Source of the DNA: Eledone cirrhosa
Taxonomy: Eukaryota
Direction: 5' to 3'
Length of the DNA: 64,000 nt
Assembly: GCA_964016885.1 (NCBI GenBank)
Contig: OZ024740.1
Span: forward strand, 416,082,001 to 416,146,000
Positions 15,001 through 30,000 of this stretch are shown here, in pieces. The notes beneath the pieces are model-generated. The model was not told the DNA's origin. It was given only the letters and a program-made list of their open reading frames with translations, and searched no databases. The translations under genes were made by a program, and so were the position numbers. How positions within the stretch are numbered: position 1 is the stretch's first letter; each line of letters starts with the position of its first letter.

Positions 15001-18000
15001 CAAACCTTTAGAATTGCTAAATTTATTCACTACTCAAACCTTTTGAATTGCTAAATTTATTTACTATTCAAACCTTTAGAATTGCTAAATTTATTTACTA
15101 CTCAAACCTTTTGAATTGCTAAATTTATTTACTATTCAAACCTTTAGAATTGCTAAATTTATTTACTACTCAAACCTTTAGAATTGCTAAATTTATTTAC
15201 TACTCAAACCTTTAGTATTGCTAAATTTATTTACAATTCAATCCTTTAGAATTGCTAAATTTATTTACTACTCAACCCTTTAGAATTGCTAAATTTATTT
15301 ACTACTCAAACCTTTAGAATTGCTAAATTTATTTACTATTCAATCCTTTAGAATTGCTAAATTTATTTACTACTCAAACCTTTAGAATTGCTAAATTTAT
15401 TTACTACTCAAACCTTTAGAATTGCTAAATTTATTTACTACTCAAACCTTTAGAATTGCTAAATTTATTTACTACTCAAACCTTTAGAATTGCTAAATTT
15501 ATTTACTATTCAATACTTTAGAATTGCTAAATTTATTTACTACTCAAACCTTTAGAATTGCTAAATTTATTTACTACTCAAACCTTTAGAATTGCTAAAT
15601 TTATTTACTACTCAAACCTTTAGAATTGATAAATTTATTTACCAATCAAACCTTTAGAATTGATGAATTTATTTACTACTCAAACCTTTAGAATTGCTAA
15701 ATTTATTTACTACTCAAACCTTTAGTATTGCTAAATTTATTACTACTCAAACATTTAGAATTGCTAAATTTATTAACTACTCGAACCTTTAGAATTGCTA
15801 AATTTATTTACTACTCAAATCTTTAGAATTGCTAAATTTATTTACTACTCAAACCTTTAGAATTGGTAAATTTATTCACTACTCAAACCTTTAGAATTGC
15901 TAAATTTATTTACTACTCAAACCTTTAGAATTGCTAAATTTTTTAACTACTCAAACCTTTAGAATTGCTCAAATTATTTACTACTCAAACCTTTAGTATT
16001 GCTAAATTTATTTACTACTCAAACCTTTAGAATTGCTAAATTTATTTACTACTCAAACCTTTAGAATTGCTAAATTTATTAACTATTCAAGCCTATAGAA
16101 TTGCTAAAATTATTTACTACTCAAACCTTTAGAATTGCTAAATTTATTTACTACTCAAACCTTTAGAATTGATAAATTTATTTACTACTCAAACCTTTAG
16201 AATTGCTAAATTTATTTACAATTCAATCCTTTAGAATTGATTTATTTATTTACTACTCAAACCTTTAGAATTGCTAAATTTATTTACTACTCAAACCTTT
16301 AGAATTGCTAAATTTATTTACTATTCAATCCTTTAGAATTGCTAAATTTATTTACTACTCAAACCTTTAGAATTGCTAAATTTATTTACTACTCAAACCT
16401 TTAGAATTGCTAAATTTATTTACTACTCAAACCTTTAGAATTGCTAAATTTATTTACTATTCAATCCTTTAGAATTGCTAACTTTATTTACTACTCAAAC
16501 CTTTAGAATTGATAAATTTATTTACTACTCAAACCTTTTAAATTGCTAAATGTATTTACTACTCACACTTTTAGAATTGCTAAATTTATTTACTACTCAA
16601 ACCTTTAGAATTGCTAAATTTATTTACTACTCAAACCTTTAGAATTGCTAAATTTATTAACTATTCAAACCTATAGAATTGCTAAAATTATTTACTACTC
16701 AAACCTTTAGAATTGCTAAATTTATTTACTACTCAAACCTTTAGAATTGATAAATTTATTTACTACTCAAACCTTTAGAATTGCTAAATTTATTTACTAT
16801 TCAATCCTTTAGAATTGCAAAATTTATTTACTACTCAAACCTTTAGAATTGCTAAATTTATTCACTACTCAAACCTTTTGAATTGCTAAATTTATTTACT
16901 ACTCAAACCTTTAGAATTGCTAAATTTATTTACTATTCAAACCTTTAGAATTGCTAAATTTATTTACTAGTCACACCTTTAGAATTGCTAAATTTATTTA
17001 CTACTCAAACCTTTAGATTTGGTAAATTTATTCACTACTCAAACCTTTAGAATTGCTAAATTTATTTACTACTCAAACCTTTTGAATTGCTAAATTTATT
17101 AACTACTCAAACCTTTAGAATTGCTAAATTTATTAACTATTCAAGCCTATAGAATTGCTAAAATTATTTACTACTCAAACCTTTAGAATTGCTAAATTTA
17201 TTTACTACTCAAACCTTTAGAATTGATAAATTTATTTACTACTCAAACCTTTAGAATTGCTAACTTTATTTACAATTCAATCCTTTAGAATTGCTAAATT
17301 TATTTACTACTCAACCCTTTAGAATTGCTAAATTTATTTACTACTCAAACCTTTAGAATTGCTAAATTTATTTACTATTCAATCCTTTAGAATTGCTAAA
17401 TTTATTTACTACTCAAACCTTTAGAATTGCTAAATTTATTTACTACTCAAACCTTTAGAATTGCTAAATTTATTTACTACTCAAACCTTTAGAATTGCTA
17501 AATTTATTTACTACTCAAACCTTTAGAATTGCTAAATTTATTTACTATTCAATCCTTTAGAATTGCTAAATTTATTTACTACTCAAACCTTTAGAATTGC
17601 TAAATTTATTTACTACTCAAACCTTTAGAATTGCTAAATTTATTTACTACTCAAACCTTTAGAATTGCTAAATTTATTTACTAATCAAACCTTTAGAATT
17701 GATAAATTTATTTACTACTCAAACCTTTAGAATTGCTAAATGTATTTACTACTCACACTTTTAGAATTGCTAAAATTATTTACTACTCAAACCTTTAGAA
17801 TTGCTAAATTTATTTACTACTCAAACCTTTAGAATTGATAAATTTATTTACTACTCAAACCTTTAGAATTGCTAAATTTATTTACTATTCAATCCTTTAG
17901 AATTGCTAAATTTATTTACTACTCAAACCTTTAGAATTGCTAAATTTATTCACTACTCAAACCTTTTGAATTGCTAAATTTATTTACTATTCAAACCTTT

Positions 18001-21000
18001 AGAATTGCTAAATTTATTTACTACTCAAACCTTTAGAATTGCTAAATTTATTTACTACTCAAACCTTTAGAATTGCTAAATTTATTTCATACTCAAACCT
18101 TTAGATTTGGTAAATTTATTCACTACTCAAACCTTTAGAATTGCTCAATTTATTTACTACTCAAACCTTTAGAATTGCTAAATTTATTAACTACTCAAAC
18201 CTTTAGAATTGCTAAATTTATTAACTACTCAAACCTTTAGAATTGCTAAATTTATTCACTACTCAAACCTTTAGAATTGCTAAATTTATTCACTACTCAA
18301 ACCTTTAGAATTGCTAAATTTATTTACTACTCAAACCTTTAGAATTGATAAATTTATTTACTACTCAAACCTTTAGAATTGCTAAATTATTAACTATTCA
18401 AGCCTATAGAATTGCTAAAATTATTTACTACTCAAACCTTTAGAATTGCTAAATTTATTTACTACTCAAACCTTTAGAATTGATAAATTTATTTACTACT
18501 CAAACCTTTAGAATTGCTAAATTTATTTACAATTCAATCCTTTAGAATTGCTAAATTTTTTTACTACTCAACCCTTTAGAATTGCTAAATTTATTTACTA
18601 CTCAAACCTTTAGAATTGCTAAATTTATTTACTATTCAATCCTTTAGAATTGCTAAATTTATTTACTACTCAAACCTTTAGAATTGCTAAATTTATTTAC
18701 TACTCAAACCTTTAGAATTGCTAAATTTATTTACTACTCAAACCTTTAGAATTGCTAAATTTATTTACTACTCAAACCTTTAGAATTGCTAAATTTATTT
18801 ACTATTCAATACTTTAGAATTGCTAAATTTATTTACTACTCAAACCTTTAGAATTGCTAAATTTATTTACTACTCAAACCTTTAGAATTGCTAAATTTAT
18901 TTACTACTCAAACCTTTAGAATTGCTAAATTTATTTACTACTCAAACCTTTAGAATTGATGAATTTATTTACTACTCAAACCTTTAGAATTGCTAAATTT
19001 ATTTACTACTCAAACCTTTAGTATTGCTAAATTTATTACTACTCAAACATTTAGAATTGCTAAATTTATTAACTACTCAAACCTTTAGAATTGCTAAATT
19101 TATTTACTACTCAAATCTTTAGAATTGCTAAATTTATTTACTACTCAAACCTTTAGAATTGCTAAATTTATTCACTACTCAAACCTTTAGAATTGCTAAA
19201 TTTATTTACTACTCAAACCTTTAGAATTGCTAAATTTTTTAACTACTCAAACCTTTAGAATTGCTCAAATTATTTACTACTCAAACCTTTAGTATTGCTA
19301 AATTTATTTACTACTCAAGCCTTTAGAATTGCTAAATTTATTTACTACTCAAACCTTTAGAATTGCTAAATTTATTAACTATTCAAGCCTATAGAATTGC
19401 TAAAATTATTTACTACTCAAACCTTTAGAATTGCTAAATTTATTTACTACTCAAACCTTTAGAATTGATAAATTTATTTACTACTCAAACCTTTAGAATT
19501 GCTAAATTTATTTACAATTCAATCCTTTAGAATTGCTAAATTTATTTACTACTCAACCCTTTAGAATTGCTAAATTTATTTACTACTCAAACCTTTAGAA
19601 TTGCTAAATTTATTTACTATTCAATCCTTTAGAATTGCTAAATTTATTTACTACTCAAACCTTTAGAATTGCTAAATTTATTTACTACTCAAACCTTTAG
19701 AATTGCTAAATTTATTTACTACTCAAACCTTTAGAATTGCTAAATTTATTTACTACTCAAACCTTTAGAATTGCTAAATTTATTTACTATTCAATCCTTT
19801 AGAATTGCTAAATTTATTTACTACTCAAACCTTTAGAATTGCTAAATTTATTTACTACTCAAACCTTTAGAATTGCTAAATTTATTTACTACTCAAACCT
19901 TTAGAATTGCTAAATTTATTTACTAATCAAACCTTTAGAATTGATGAATTTATTTACTACTCAAACCTTTAGAATTGCTAAATTTATTTACTACTCAAAC
20001 CTTTAGTATTGCTAAATTTATTACTACTCAAACCTTTAGAATTGCTAAATTTATTAACTACTCAAACCTTTAGAATTGCTAAATTTATTTACTACTCAAA
20101 TCTTTAGAATTGCTAAATTTATTTACTACTCAAACCTTTAGAATTGGTAAATTTATTCACTACTCAAACCTTTAGAATGGCTAAATTTATTTACTACTCA
20201 AACCTTTAGAATTGCTAAATTTTTAACTACTCAAACCTTTAGAATTGCTCAAATTATTTACTACTCAAACCTTTAGAATTGCTAAATTTATTTACTATTC
20301 AAAGCTTTAGAATTGCTAAATTTATTTACTACTCAAACCTTTAGAATTGCTAAATTTATTTACTACTCACACCTTTAGAATTGCTAAATGTATTTACTAC
20401 TCACACCTTTAGAATTGCTAAATTTATTTACTACTCAAACCTTTAGAATTGCTAAATTTATTTACTACTCAAACCTTTAGAATTGCTAAATTTATTAACT
20501 ACTCAAGCCTTTAGAATTGCTAAAATTATTTACTACTCGAACCTTTAGAATTGCTAAATTTATTTACTACTCAAACCTTTAGAATTGATAAATTTATTTA
20601 CTACTCAAACCTTTAGAATTGCTAAATGTATTTACTACTCACACTTTTAGAATTGCTAAATTTATTTACTACTCAAACCTTTAGAATTGCTAAATTTATT
20701 TACTACTCAAACCTTTAGAATTGCTAAATTTATTAACTATTCAAACCTATAGAATTGCTAAAATTATTTACTACTCAAACCTTTAGAATTGCTAAATTTA
20801 TTTACTACTCAAACCTTTAGAATTGATAAATTTATTTACTACTCAAACCTTTAGAATTGCTAAATTTATTTACTATTCAATCCTTTAGAATTGCTAAATT
20901 TATTTACTACTCAAACCTTTAGAATTGCTAAATTTATTCACTACTCAAACCTTTTGAATTGCTAAATTTATTTACTATTCAAACCTTTAGAATTGCTAAA

Positions 21001-24000
21001 TTTATTTACTACTCAAACCTTTTGAATTGCTAAATTTATTTACTATTCAAACCTTTAGAATTGCTAAATTTATTTACTACTCAAACCTTTAGAATTGCTA
21101 AATTTATTTACTACTCAAACCTTTAGTATTGCTAAATTTATTTACAATTCAATCCTTTAGAATTGCTAAATTTATTTACTACTCAACCCTTTAGAATTGC
21201 TAAATTTATTTACTACTCAAACCTTTAGAATTGCTAAATTTATTTACTATTCAATCCTTTAGAATTGCTAAATTTATTTACTACTCAAACCTTTAGAATT
21301 GCTAAATTTATTTACTACTCAAACCTTTAGAATTGCTAAATTTATTTACTACTCAAACCTTTAGAATTGCTAAATTTATTTACTACTCAAACCTTTAGAA
21401 TTGCTAAATTTATTTACTATTCAATACTTTAGAATTGCTAAATTTATTTACTACTCAAACCTTTAGAATTGCTAAATTTATTTACTACTCAAACCTTTAG
21501 AATTGCTAAATTTATTTACTACTCAAACCTTTAGAATTGATAAATTTATTTACCAATCAAACCTTTAGAATTGATGAATTTATTTACTACTCAAACCTTT
21601 AGAATTGCTAAATTTATTTACTACTCAAACCTTTAGTATTGCTAAATTTATTACTACTCAAACATTTAGAATTGCTAAATTTATTAACTACTCGAACCTT
21701 TAGAATTGCTAAATTTATTTACTACTCAAATCTTTAGAATTGCTAAATTTATTTACTACTCAAACCTTTAGAATTGGTAAATTTATTCACTACTCAAACC
21801 TTTAGAATTGCTAAATTTATTTACTACTCAAACCTTTAGAATTGCTAAATTTTTTAACTACTCAAACCTTTAGAATTGCTCAAATTATTTACTACTCAAA
21901 CCTTTAGTATTGCTAAATTTATTTACTACTCAAACCTTTAGAATTGCTAAATTTATTTACTACTCAAACCTTTAGAATTGCTAAATTTATTAACTATTCA
22001 AGCCTATAGAATTGCTAAAATTATTTACTACTCAAACCTTTAGAATTGCTAAATTTATTTACTACTCAAACCTTTAGAATTGATAAATTTATTTACTACT
22101 CAAACCTTTAGAATTGCTAAATTTATTTACAATTCAATCCTTTAGAATTGATTTATTTATTTACTACTCAAACCTTTAGAATTGCTAAATTTATTTACTA
22201 CTCAAACCTTTAGAATTGCTAAATTTATTTACTATTCAATCCTTTAGAATTGCTAAATTTATTTACTACTCAAACCTTTAGAATTGCTAAATTTATTTAC
22301 TACTCAAACCTTTAGAATTGCTAAATTTATTTACTACTCAAACCTTTAGAATTGCTAAATTTATTTACTATTCAATCCTTTAGAATTGCTAAATTTATTT
22401 ACTACTCAAACCTTTAGAATTGCTAAATTTATTTACTACTCAAACCTTTAGAATTGCTAAATTTATTTACTACTCAAACCTTTAGAATTATTAAATTTAT
22501 TTACTAATCAAACCTTTAGAATTGATGAATTTATTTACTACTCAAACCTTTAGAATTGCTAAATTTATTTACTACTCAAACCTTTAGTATTGCTAAATTT
22601 ATTACTACTCAAACCTTTAGAATTGCTAAATTTATTAACTACTCAAACCTTTACAATTGCTAAATTTATTTACTACTCAAATCTTTAGAATTGCTAAATT
22701 TATTTACTACTCAAACCTTTAGAATTGATAAATTTATTTACTACTCAAACCTTTAGAATTGCTAAATGTATTTACTACTCACACTTTTAGAATTGCTAAA
22801 TTTATTTACTACTCAAACCTTTAGAATTGCTAAATTTATTTACTACTCAAACCTTTAGAATTGCTAAATTTATTAACTATTCAAACCTATAGAATTGCTA
22901 AAATTATTTACTACTCAAACCTTTAGAATTGCTAAATTTATTTACTACTCAAACCTTTAGAATTGATAAATTTATTTACTACTCAAACCTTTAGAATTGC
23001 TAAATTTATTTACTATTCAATCCTTTAGAATTGCTAAATTTATTTACTACTCAAACCTTTAGAATTGCTAAATTTATTCACTACTCAAACCTTTTGAATT
23101 GCTAAATTTATTTACTATTCAAACCTTTAGAATTGCTAAATTTATTTACTACTCAAACCTTTAGAATTGCTAAATTTATTTACTACTCAAACCTTTAGAA
23201 TTGCTAAATTTATTTCATACTCAAACCTTTAGATTTGGTAAATTATACACTACTCAAACCTTTAGAATTGCTCAATTTATTTACTACTCAAACCTTTAGA
23301 ATTGCTAAATTTATTAACTACTCAAACCTTTAGAATTGCTAAATTTATTAACTACTCAAACCTTTAGAATTGCTAAATTTATTCACTACTCAAACCTTTA
23401 GAATTGCTAAATTTATTCACTACTCAAACCTTTAGAATTGCTAAATTTATTTACTACTCAAACCTTTAGAATTGATAAATTTATTTACTACTCAAACCTT
23501 TAGAATTGCTAAATTTATTAACTATTCAAGCCTATAGAATTGCTAAAATTATTTACTACTCAAACCTTTAGAATTGCTAAATTTATTTACTACTCAAACC
23601 TTTAGAATTGATAAATTTATTTACTACTCAAACCTTTAGAATTGCTAAATTTATTTACAATTCAATCCTTTAGAATTGCTAAATTTATTTACTATTCAAT
23701 ACTTTAGAATTGCTAAATTTATTTACTACTCAAACCTTTAGAATTGCTAAATTTATTTACTACTCAAACCTTTAGAATTGCTAAATTTATTTACTACTCA
23801 AACCTTTAGAATTGCTAAATTTATTTACTAATCAAACCTTTAGAATTGATGAATTTATTTACTACTCAAACCTTTAGAATTGCTAAATTTATTTACTACT
23901 CAAACCTTTAGTATTGCTAAATTTATTACTACTCAAACATTTAGAATTGCTAAATTTATTAACTACTCAAACCTTTAGAATTGCTAAATTTATTTACTAC

Positions 24001-27000
24001 TCAAATCTTTAGAATTGCTAAATTTATTTACTACTCAAACCTTTAGAATTGGTAAATTTATTCACTACTCAAACCTTTAGAATTGCTAAATTTATTTACT
24101 ACTCAAACCTTTAGAATTGCTAAATTTTTTAACTACTCAAACCTTTAGAATTGCTCAAATTATTTACTACTCAAACCTTTAGTATTGCTAAATTTATTTA
24201 CTACTCAAACCTTTAGAATTGCTAAATTTATTTACTACTCAAACCTTTAGAATTGCTAAATTTATTTACTACTCAAACCTTTAGAATTGCTAAATTTATT
24301 TAGTACTCAAACCTTTAGAATTCCTAAATTTATTTACTACTCAAACCTTTAGAATTGCTAAATTTATTTACTACTCAAACCTTTAGAATTGCTAAATTTA
24401 TTTACTAATCAAACCTTTAGAATTGATGAATTTATTTACTACTCAAACCTTTAGAATTGCTAAATTTATTTACTACTCAAACCTTTAGAATTGCTAAATT
24501 TATTAACTATTCAAACCTATAGAATTGCTAAAATTATTTACTACTCAAACCTTTAGAATTGCTAAATTTATTTACTACTCAAACCTTTAGAATTGCTAAA
24601 TTTATTTACTACTCAAACCTTTAGAATTGCTAAAGTTATTTACTATTCAATCCTTTAGAATTGCTAAATTTATTTACTACTCAAACCTTTAGAATTGCTA
24701 AATTTATTCACTACTCAAACCTTTTGAATTGCTAAATTTATTTACTATTCAAACCTTTAGAATTGCTAGATTTATTTACTACTCAAACCTTTAGAATTGC
24801 TAAATTTATTTACTACTCAAACCTTTAGAATTGCTAAATTTATTTCATACTCAAACCTTTAGATTTGGTAAATTTATTCACTACTCAAACCTTTAGAATT
24901 GCTAAATTTATTTACTACTCAAACCTTTAGAATTGCTAAATTTATTAACTTCTCAATCCTTTAGAATTGCTAAATTTATTTACAATTCAATCCTTTAGAA
25001 TTGCTAAATTTATTTACTATTCAATACTTTAGAATTGCTAAATTTATTTACTACTCAAACCTTTAGAATTGCTAAATTTATTTACTACTCAAACCTTTAG
25101 AATTGCTAAATTTATTTACTACTCAAACCTTTAGAATTGCTAAATTTATTTACTAATCAAACCTTTAGAATTGATGAATTTATTTACTACTCAAACCTTT
25201 AGAATTGCTAAATTTATTTACTACTCAAACCTTTAGTATTGCTAAATTTATTACTACTCAAACATTTAGAATTGCTAAATTTATTAACTACTCAAACCTT
25301 TAGAATTGCTAAATTTATTTACTACTCAAATCTTTAGAATTGCTAAATTTATTTACTACTCAAACCTTTAGAATTGGTAAATTTATTCACTACTCAAACC
25401 TTTAGAATTGCTAAATTTATTTACTACTCAAACCTTTAGAATTGCTAAATTTTTTAACTACTCAAACCTTTAGAATTGCTCAAATTATTTACTACTCAAA
25501 CCTTTAGTATTGCTAAATTTATTTACTACTCAAACCTTTAGAATTGCTAAATTTATTTACTACTCAAACCTTTAGAATTGCTAAATTTATTTACTACTCA
25601 AACCTTTAGAATTGCTAAATTTATTTAGTACTCAAACCTTTAGAATTCCTAAATTTATTTACTACTCAAACCTTTAGAATTGCTAAATTTATTTACTACT
25701 CAAACCTTTAGAATTGCTAAATTTATTTACTAATCAAACCTTTAGAATTGATGAATTTATTTACTACTCAAACCTTTAGAATTGCTAAATTTATTTACTA
25801 CTCAAACCTTTAGAATTGCTAAATTTATTAACTATTCAAACCTATAGAATTGCTAAAATTATTTACTACTCAAACCTTTAGAATTGCTAAATTTATTTAC
25901 TACTCAAACCTTTAGAATTGCTAAATTTATTTACTACTCAAACCTTTAGAATTGCTAAAGTTATTTACTATTCAATCCTTTAGAATTGCTAAATTTATTT
26001 ACTACTCAAACCTTTAGAATTGCTAAATTTATTCACTACTCAAACCTTTTGAATTGCTAAATTTATTTACTATTCAAACCTTTAGAATTGCTAGATTTAT
26101 TTACTACTCAAACCTTTAGAATTGCTAAATTTATTTACTACTCAAACCTTTAGAATTGCTAAATTTATTTCATACTCAAACCTTTAGATTTGGTAAATTT
26201 ATTCACTACTCAAACCTTTAGAATTGCTAAATTTATTTACTACTCAAACCTTTAGAATTGCTAAATTTATTAACTTCTCAATCCTTTAGAATTGCTAAAT
26301 TTATTAACTACTCAAACCTTTAGAATTGCTAAATTTATTCACTACTCAAACCTTTAGAATTGCTAAATTTATTCACTACTCAAACCTTTAGAATTGCTAA
26401 ATTTATTTACTACTCAAACCTTTAGAATTGATAAATTTATTTACTACTCAAACCTATAGAATTGCTAAATTTATTAACTATTCAAGCCTATAGAATTGCT
26501 AAAATTATTTACTACTCAAACCTTTAGAATTGCTAAATTTATTTACTACTCAAACCTTTAGAATTGATAAATTTATTTACTACTCAAACCTTTAGAATTG
26601 CTAAATTTATTTACAATTCAATCCTTTAGAATTGCTAAATTTATTTACTACTCAACCCTTTAGAATTGGTAAATTTATTTACTACTCAAACCTTTAGAAT
26701 TGCTAAATTTATTTACTATTCAATCCTTTAGAATTGCTAAATTTATTTACTACTCAAACCTTTAGAATTGCTAAATTTATTTACTACTCAAACCTTTAGA
26801 ATTGCTAAATTTATTTACTATTCAATACTTTAGAATTGCTAAATTTATTTACTACTCAAACCTTTAGAATTGCTAAATTTATTTACTACTCAAACCTTTA
26901 GAATTGCTAAATTTATTTACTACTCAAACCTTTAGAATTGCTAAATTTATTTACTAATCAAACCTTTAGAATTGATTTATTTATTTACTACTCAAACCTT

Positions 27001-30000
27001 TAGAATTGCTAAATTTTTTAACTACTCAAACCTTTAGAATTGCTCAAATTATTTACTACTCAAACCTTTAGAATTGCTAAATTTATTTACTATTCAAACC
27101 TTTAGAATTGCTAAATTTATTTACTACTCAAACCTTTAGAATTGCTAAATTTATTTACTACTCACACCTTTAGAATTGCTAAATGTATTTACTACTCACA
27201 CCTTTAGAATTGCTAAATTTATTTACTACTCAAACCTTTAGAATTGCTAAATTTATTTACTACTCAAACCTTTAGAATTGCTAAATTTATTAACTACTCA
27301 AACCTTTAGAATTGCTAAAATTATTTACTACTCAAACCTTTAGAATTGCTAAATTTATTTACTACTCAAACCTTTAGAATTGATAAATTTATTTACTACT
27401 CAAACCTTTAGAATTGCTAAATGTATTTACTACTCACACTTTTAGAATTGCTAAATTTATTTACTACTCAAACCTTTAGAATTGCTAAATTTATTTACTA
27501 CTCAAACCTTTAGAATTGCTAAATTTATTAACTATTCAAACCTATAGAATTGCTAAAATTATTTACTACTCAAACCTTTAGAATTGCTAAATTTATTTAC
27601 TACTCAAACCTTTAGAATTGATAAATTTATTTACTACTCAAACCTTTAGAATTGCTAAATTTATTTACTATTCAATCCTTTAGAATTGCTAAATTTATTT
27701 ACTACTCAAACCTTTAGAATTGCTAAATTTATTTACTACTCAAACCTTTAGAATTGCTAAATTTATTTACTACTCAAACCTTTAGAATTGCTAAATTTAT
27801 TTACTACTCAAACCTTTAGAATTGCTAAATTTATTTACTACTCAAACCTTTAGAATTGCTAAATTTATTTACTATTCAATCCTTTAGAATTGCTAAATTT
27901 ATTTACTACTCAAACCTTTAGAATTGCTAAATTTATTTACTACTCAAACCTTTAGAATTGCTAAATTTATTTACTACTCAAACCTTTAGAATTGCTAAAT
28001 TTATTTACTAATCAAACCTTTATAATTGATGAATTTATTTACTACTCAAACCTTTAGAATTGCTAAATTTATTTACTACTCAAACCTTTAGTATTGCTAA
28101 ATTTATTACTACTCAAACCTTTAGAATTGCTAAATTTATTAACTACTCAAACCTTTAGAATTGCTAAATTTATTTACTACTCAAATCTTTAGAATTGCTA
28201 AATTTATTTACTACTCAAACCTTTAGAATTGGTAAATTTATTCACTACTCAAACCTTTAGAATTGCTAAATTTATTTACTACTCAAACCTTTAGAATTGC
28301 TAAATTTTTAACTACTCAAACCTTTAGAATTGCTCAAATTATTTACTACTCAAACCTTTAGAATTGCTAAATTTATTTACTATTCAAACCTTTAGAATTG
28401 CTAAATTTATTTACTACTCAAACCTTTAGAATTGCTAAATTTATTTACTACTCACACCTTTAGAATTGCTAAATGTATTTACTACTCACACCTTTAGAAT
28501 TGCTAAATTTATTTACTACTCAAACCTTTAGAATTGCTAAATTTATTTACTACTCAAACCTTTAGAATTGCTAAATTTATTAACTATTCAAACCTATAGA
28601 ATTGCTAAAATTATTTACTACTCAAACCTTTAGAATTGCTAAATTTATTTACTACTCAAACCTTTAGAATTGATAAATTTATTTACTACTCAAACCTTTA
28701 GAATTGCTAATCCTTTAGAATTGCTAAATTTATTTACTACTCAATCCTTTAGAATTGCTAAATTTATTCACTACTCAAACCTTTTGAATTGCTAAATTTA
28801 TTTACTACTCAAACCTTTAGAATTGCTAAATATATTTACTATTCAAACCTTTAGAATTGCTAAATTTATTTACTAGTCACACCTTTAGAATTGCTAAATT
28901 TATTTACTACTCAAACCTTTAGAATTGCTAAGTTTATTAACTACTCAAACCTTTAGAATTGCTAAATTTATTTCATACTCAAACCTTTAGATTTGGTAAA
29001 TTTATTCACTACTCAAACCTTTAGAATTGCTAAATTTATTTACTACTCCAACCTTTAGAATTGCTAAATTTATTAACTACTCAAACCTTTAGAATTGCTA
29101 AATTTATTAACTACTCAAACCTTTAGAATTGCTAAATTTATTCACTACTCAAACCTTTAGAATTGCTAAATTTATTCACTACTCAAACCTCTAGAATTGC
29201 TAAATTTATTTACTACTCAAACCTTTAGAATTGATAAATTTATTTACTACTCAAACCTTTAGAATTGCTAAATTTATTAACTATTCAAGCCTATAGAATT
29301 GCTAAAATTATTTACTACTCAAACCTTTAGAATTGCTAAATTTATTTACTACTCAAACCTTTAGAATTGATAAATTTATTTACTACTCAACCCTTTAGAA
29401 TTGCTAAATTTATTTACTACTCAAACCTTTAGAATTGGTAAATTTATTCACTACTCAAACCTTTAGAATTGCTAAATTTATTTACTACACAAACCTTTAG
29501 AATTGCTAAATTTTTAACTACTCAAACCTTTAGAATTGCTCAAATTATTTACTACTCAAACCTTTAGAATTGCTAAATTTATTTACTATTCAAACCTTTA
29601 GAATTGCTAAATTTATTTACTACTCAAACCTTTAGAATTGCTAAATTTATTTACTACTCACACCTTTAGAATTGCTAAATTTATTTACTACTCACACCTT
29701 TAGAATTGCTAAATTTATTTACTACTCAAACCTTTAGAATTGCTAAATTTATTTACTACTCAAACCTTTAGAATTGCTAAATTTATTAACTACTCAAACC
29801 TTTAGAATTGCTAAATTTATTTACTACTCAAACCTTTAGAATTGATAAATTTATTTACTACTCAAACCTTTAGAATTGCTAAATGTATTTACTACTCACA
29901 CTTTTAGAATAGCTAAATGTATTTACTACTCAAACCTTTAGAATTGCTAAATTTATTTACTACTCAAACCTTTAGAATTGCTAAATTTATTAACTATTCA

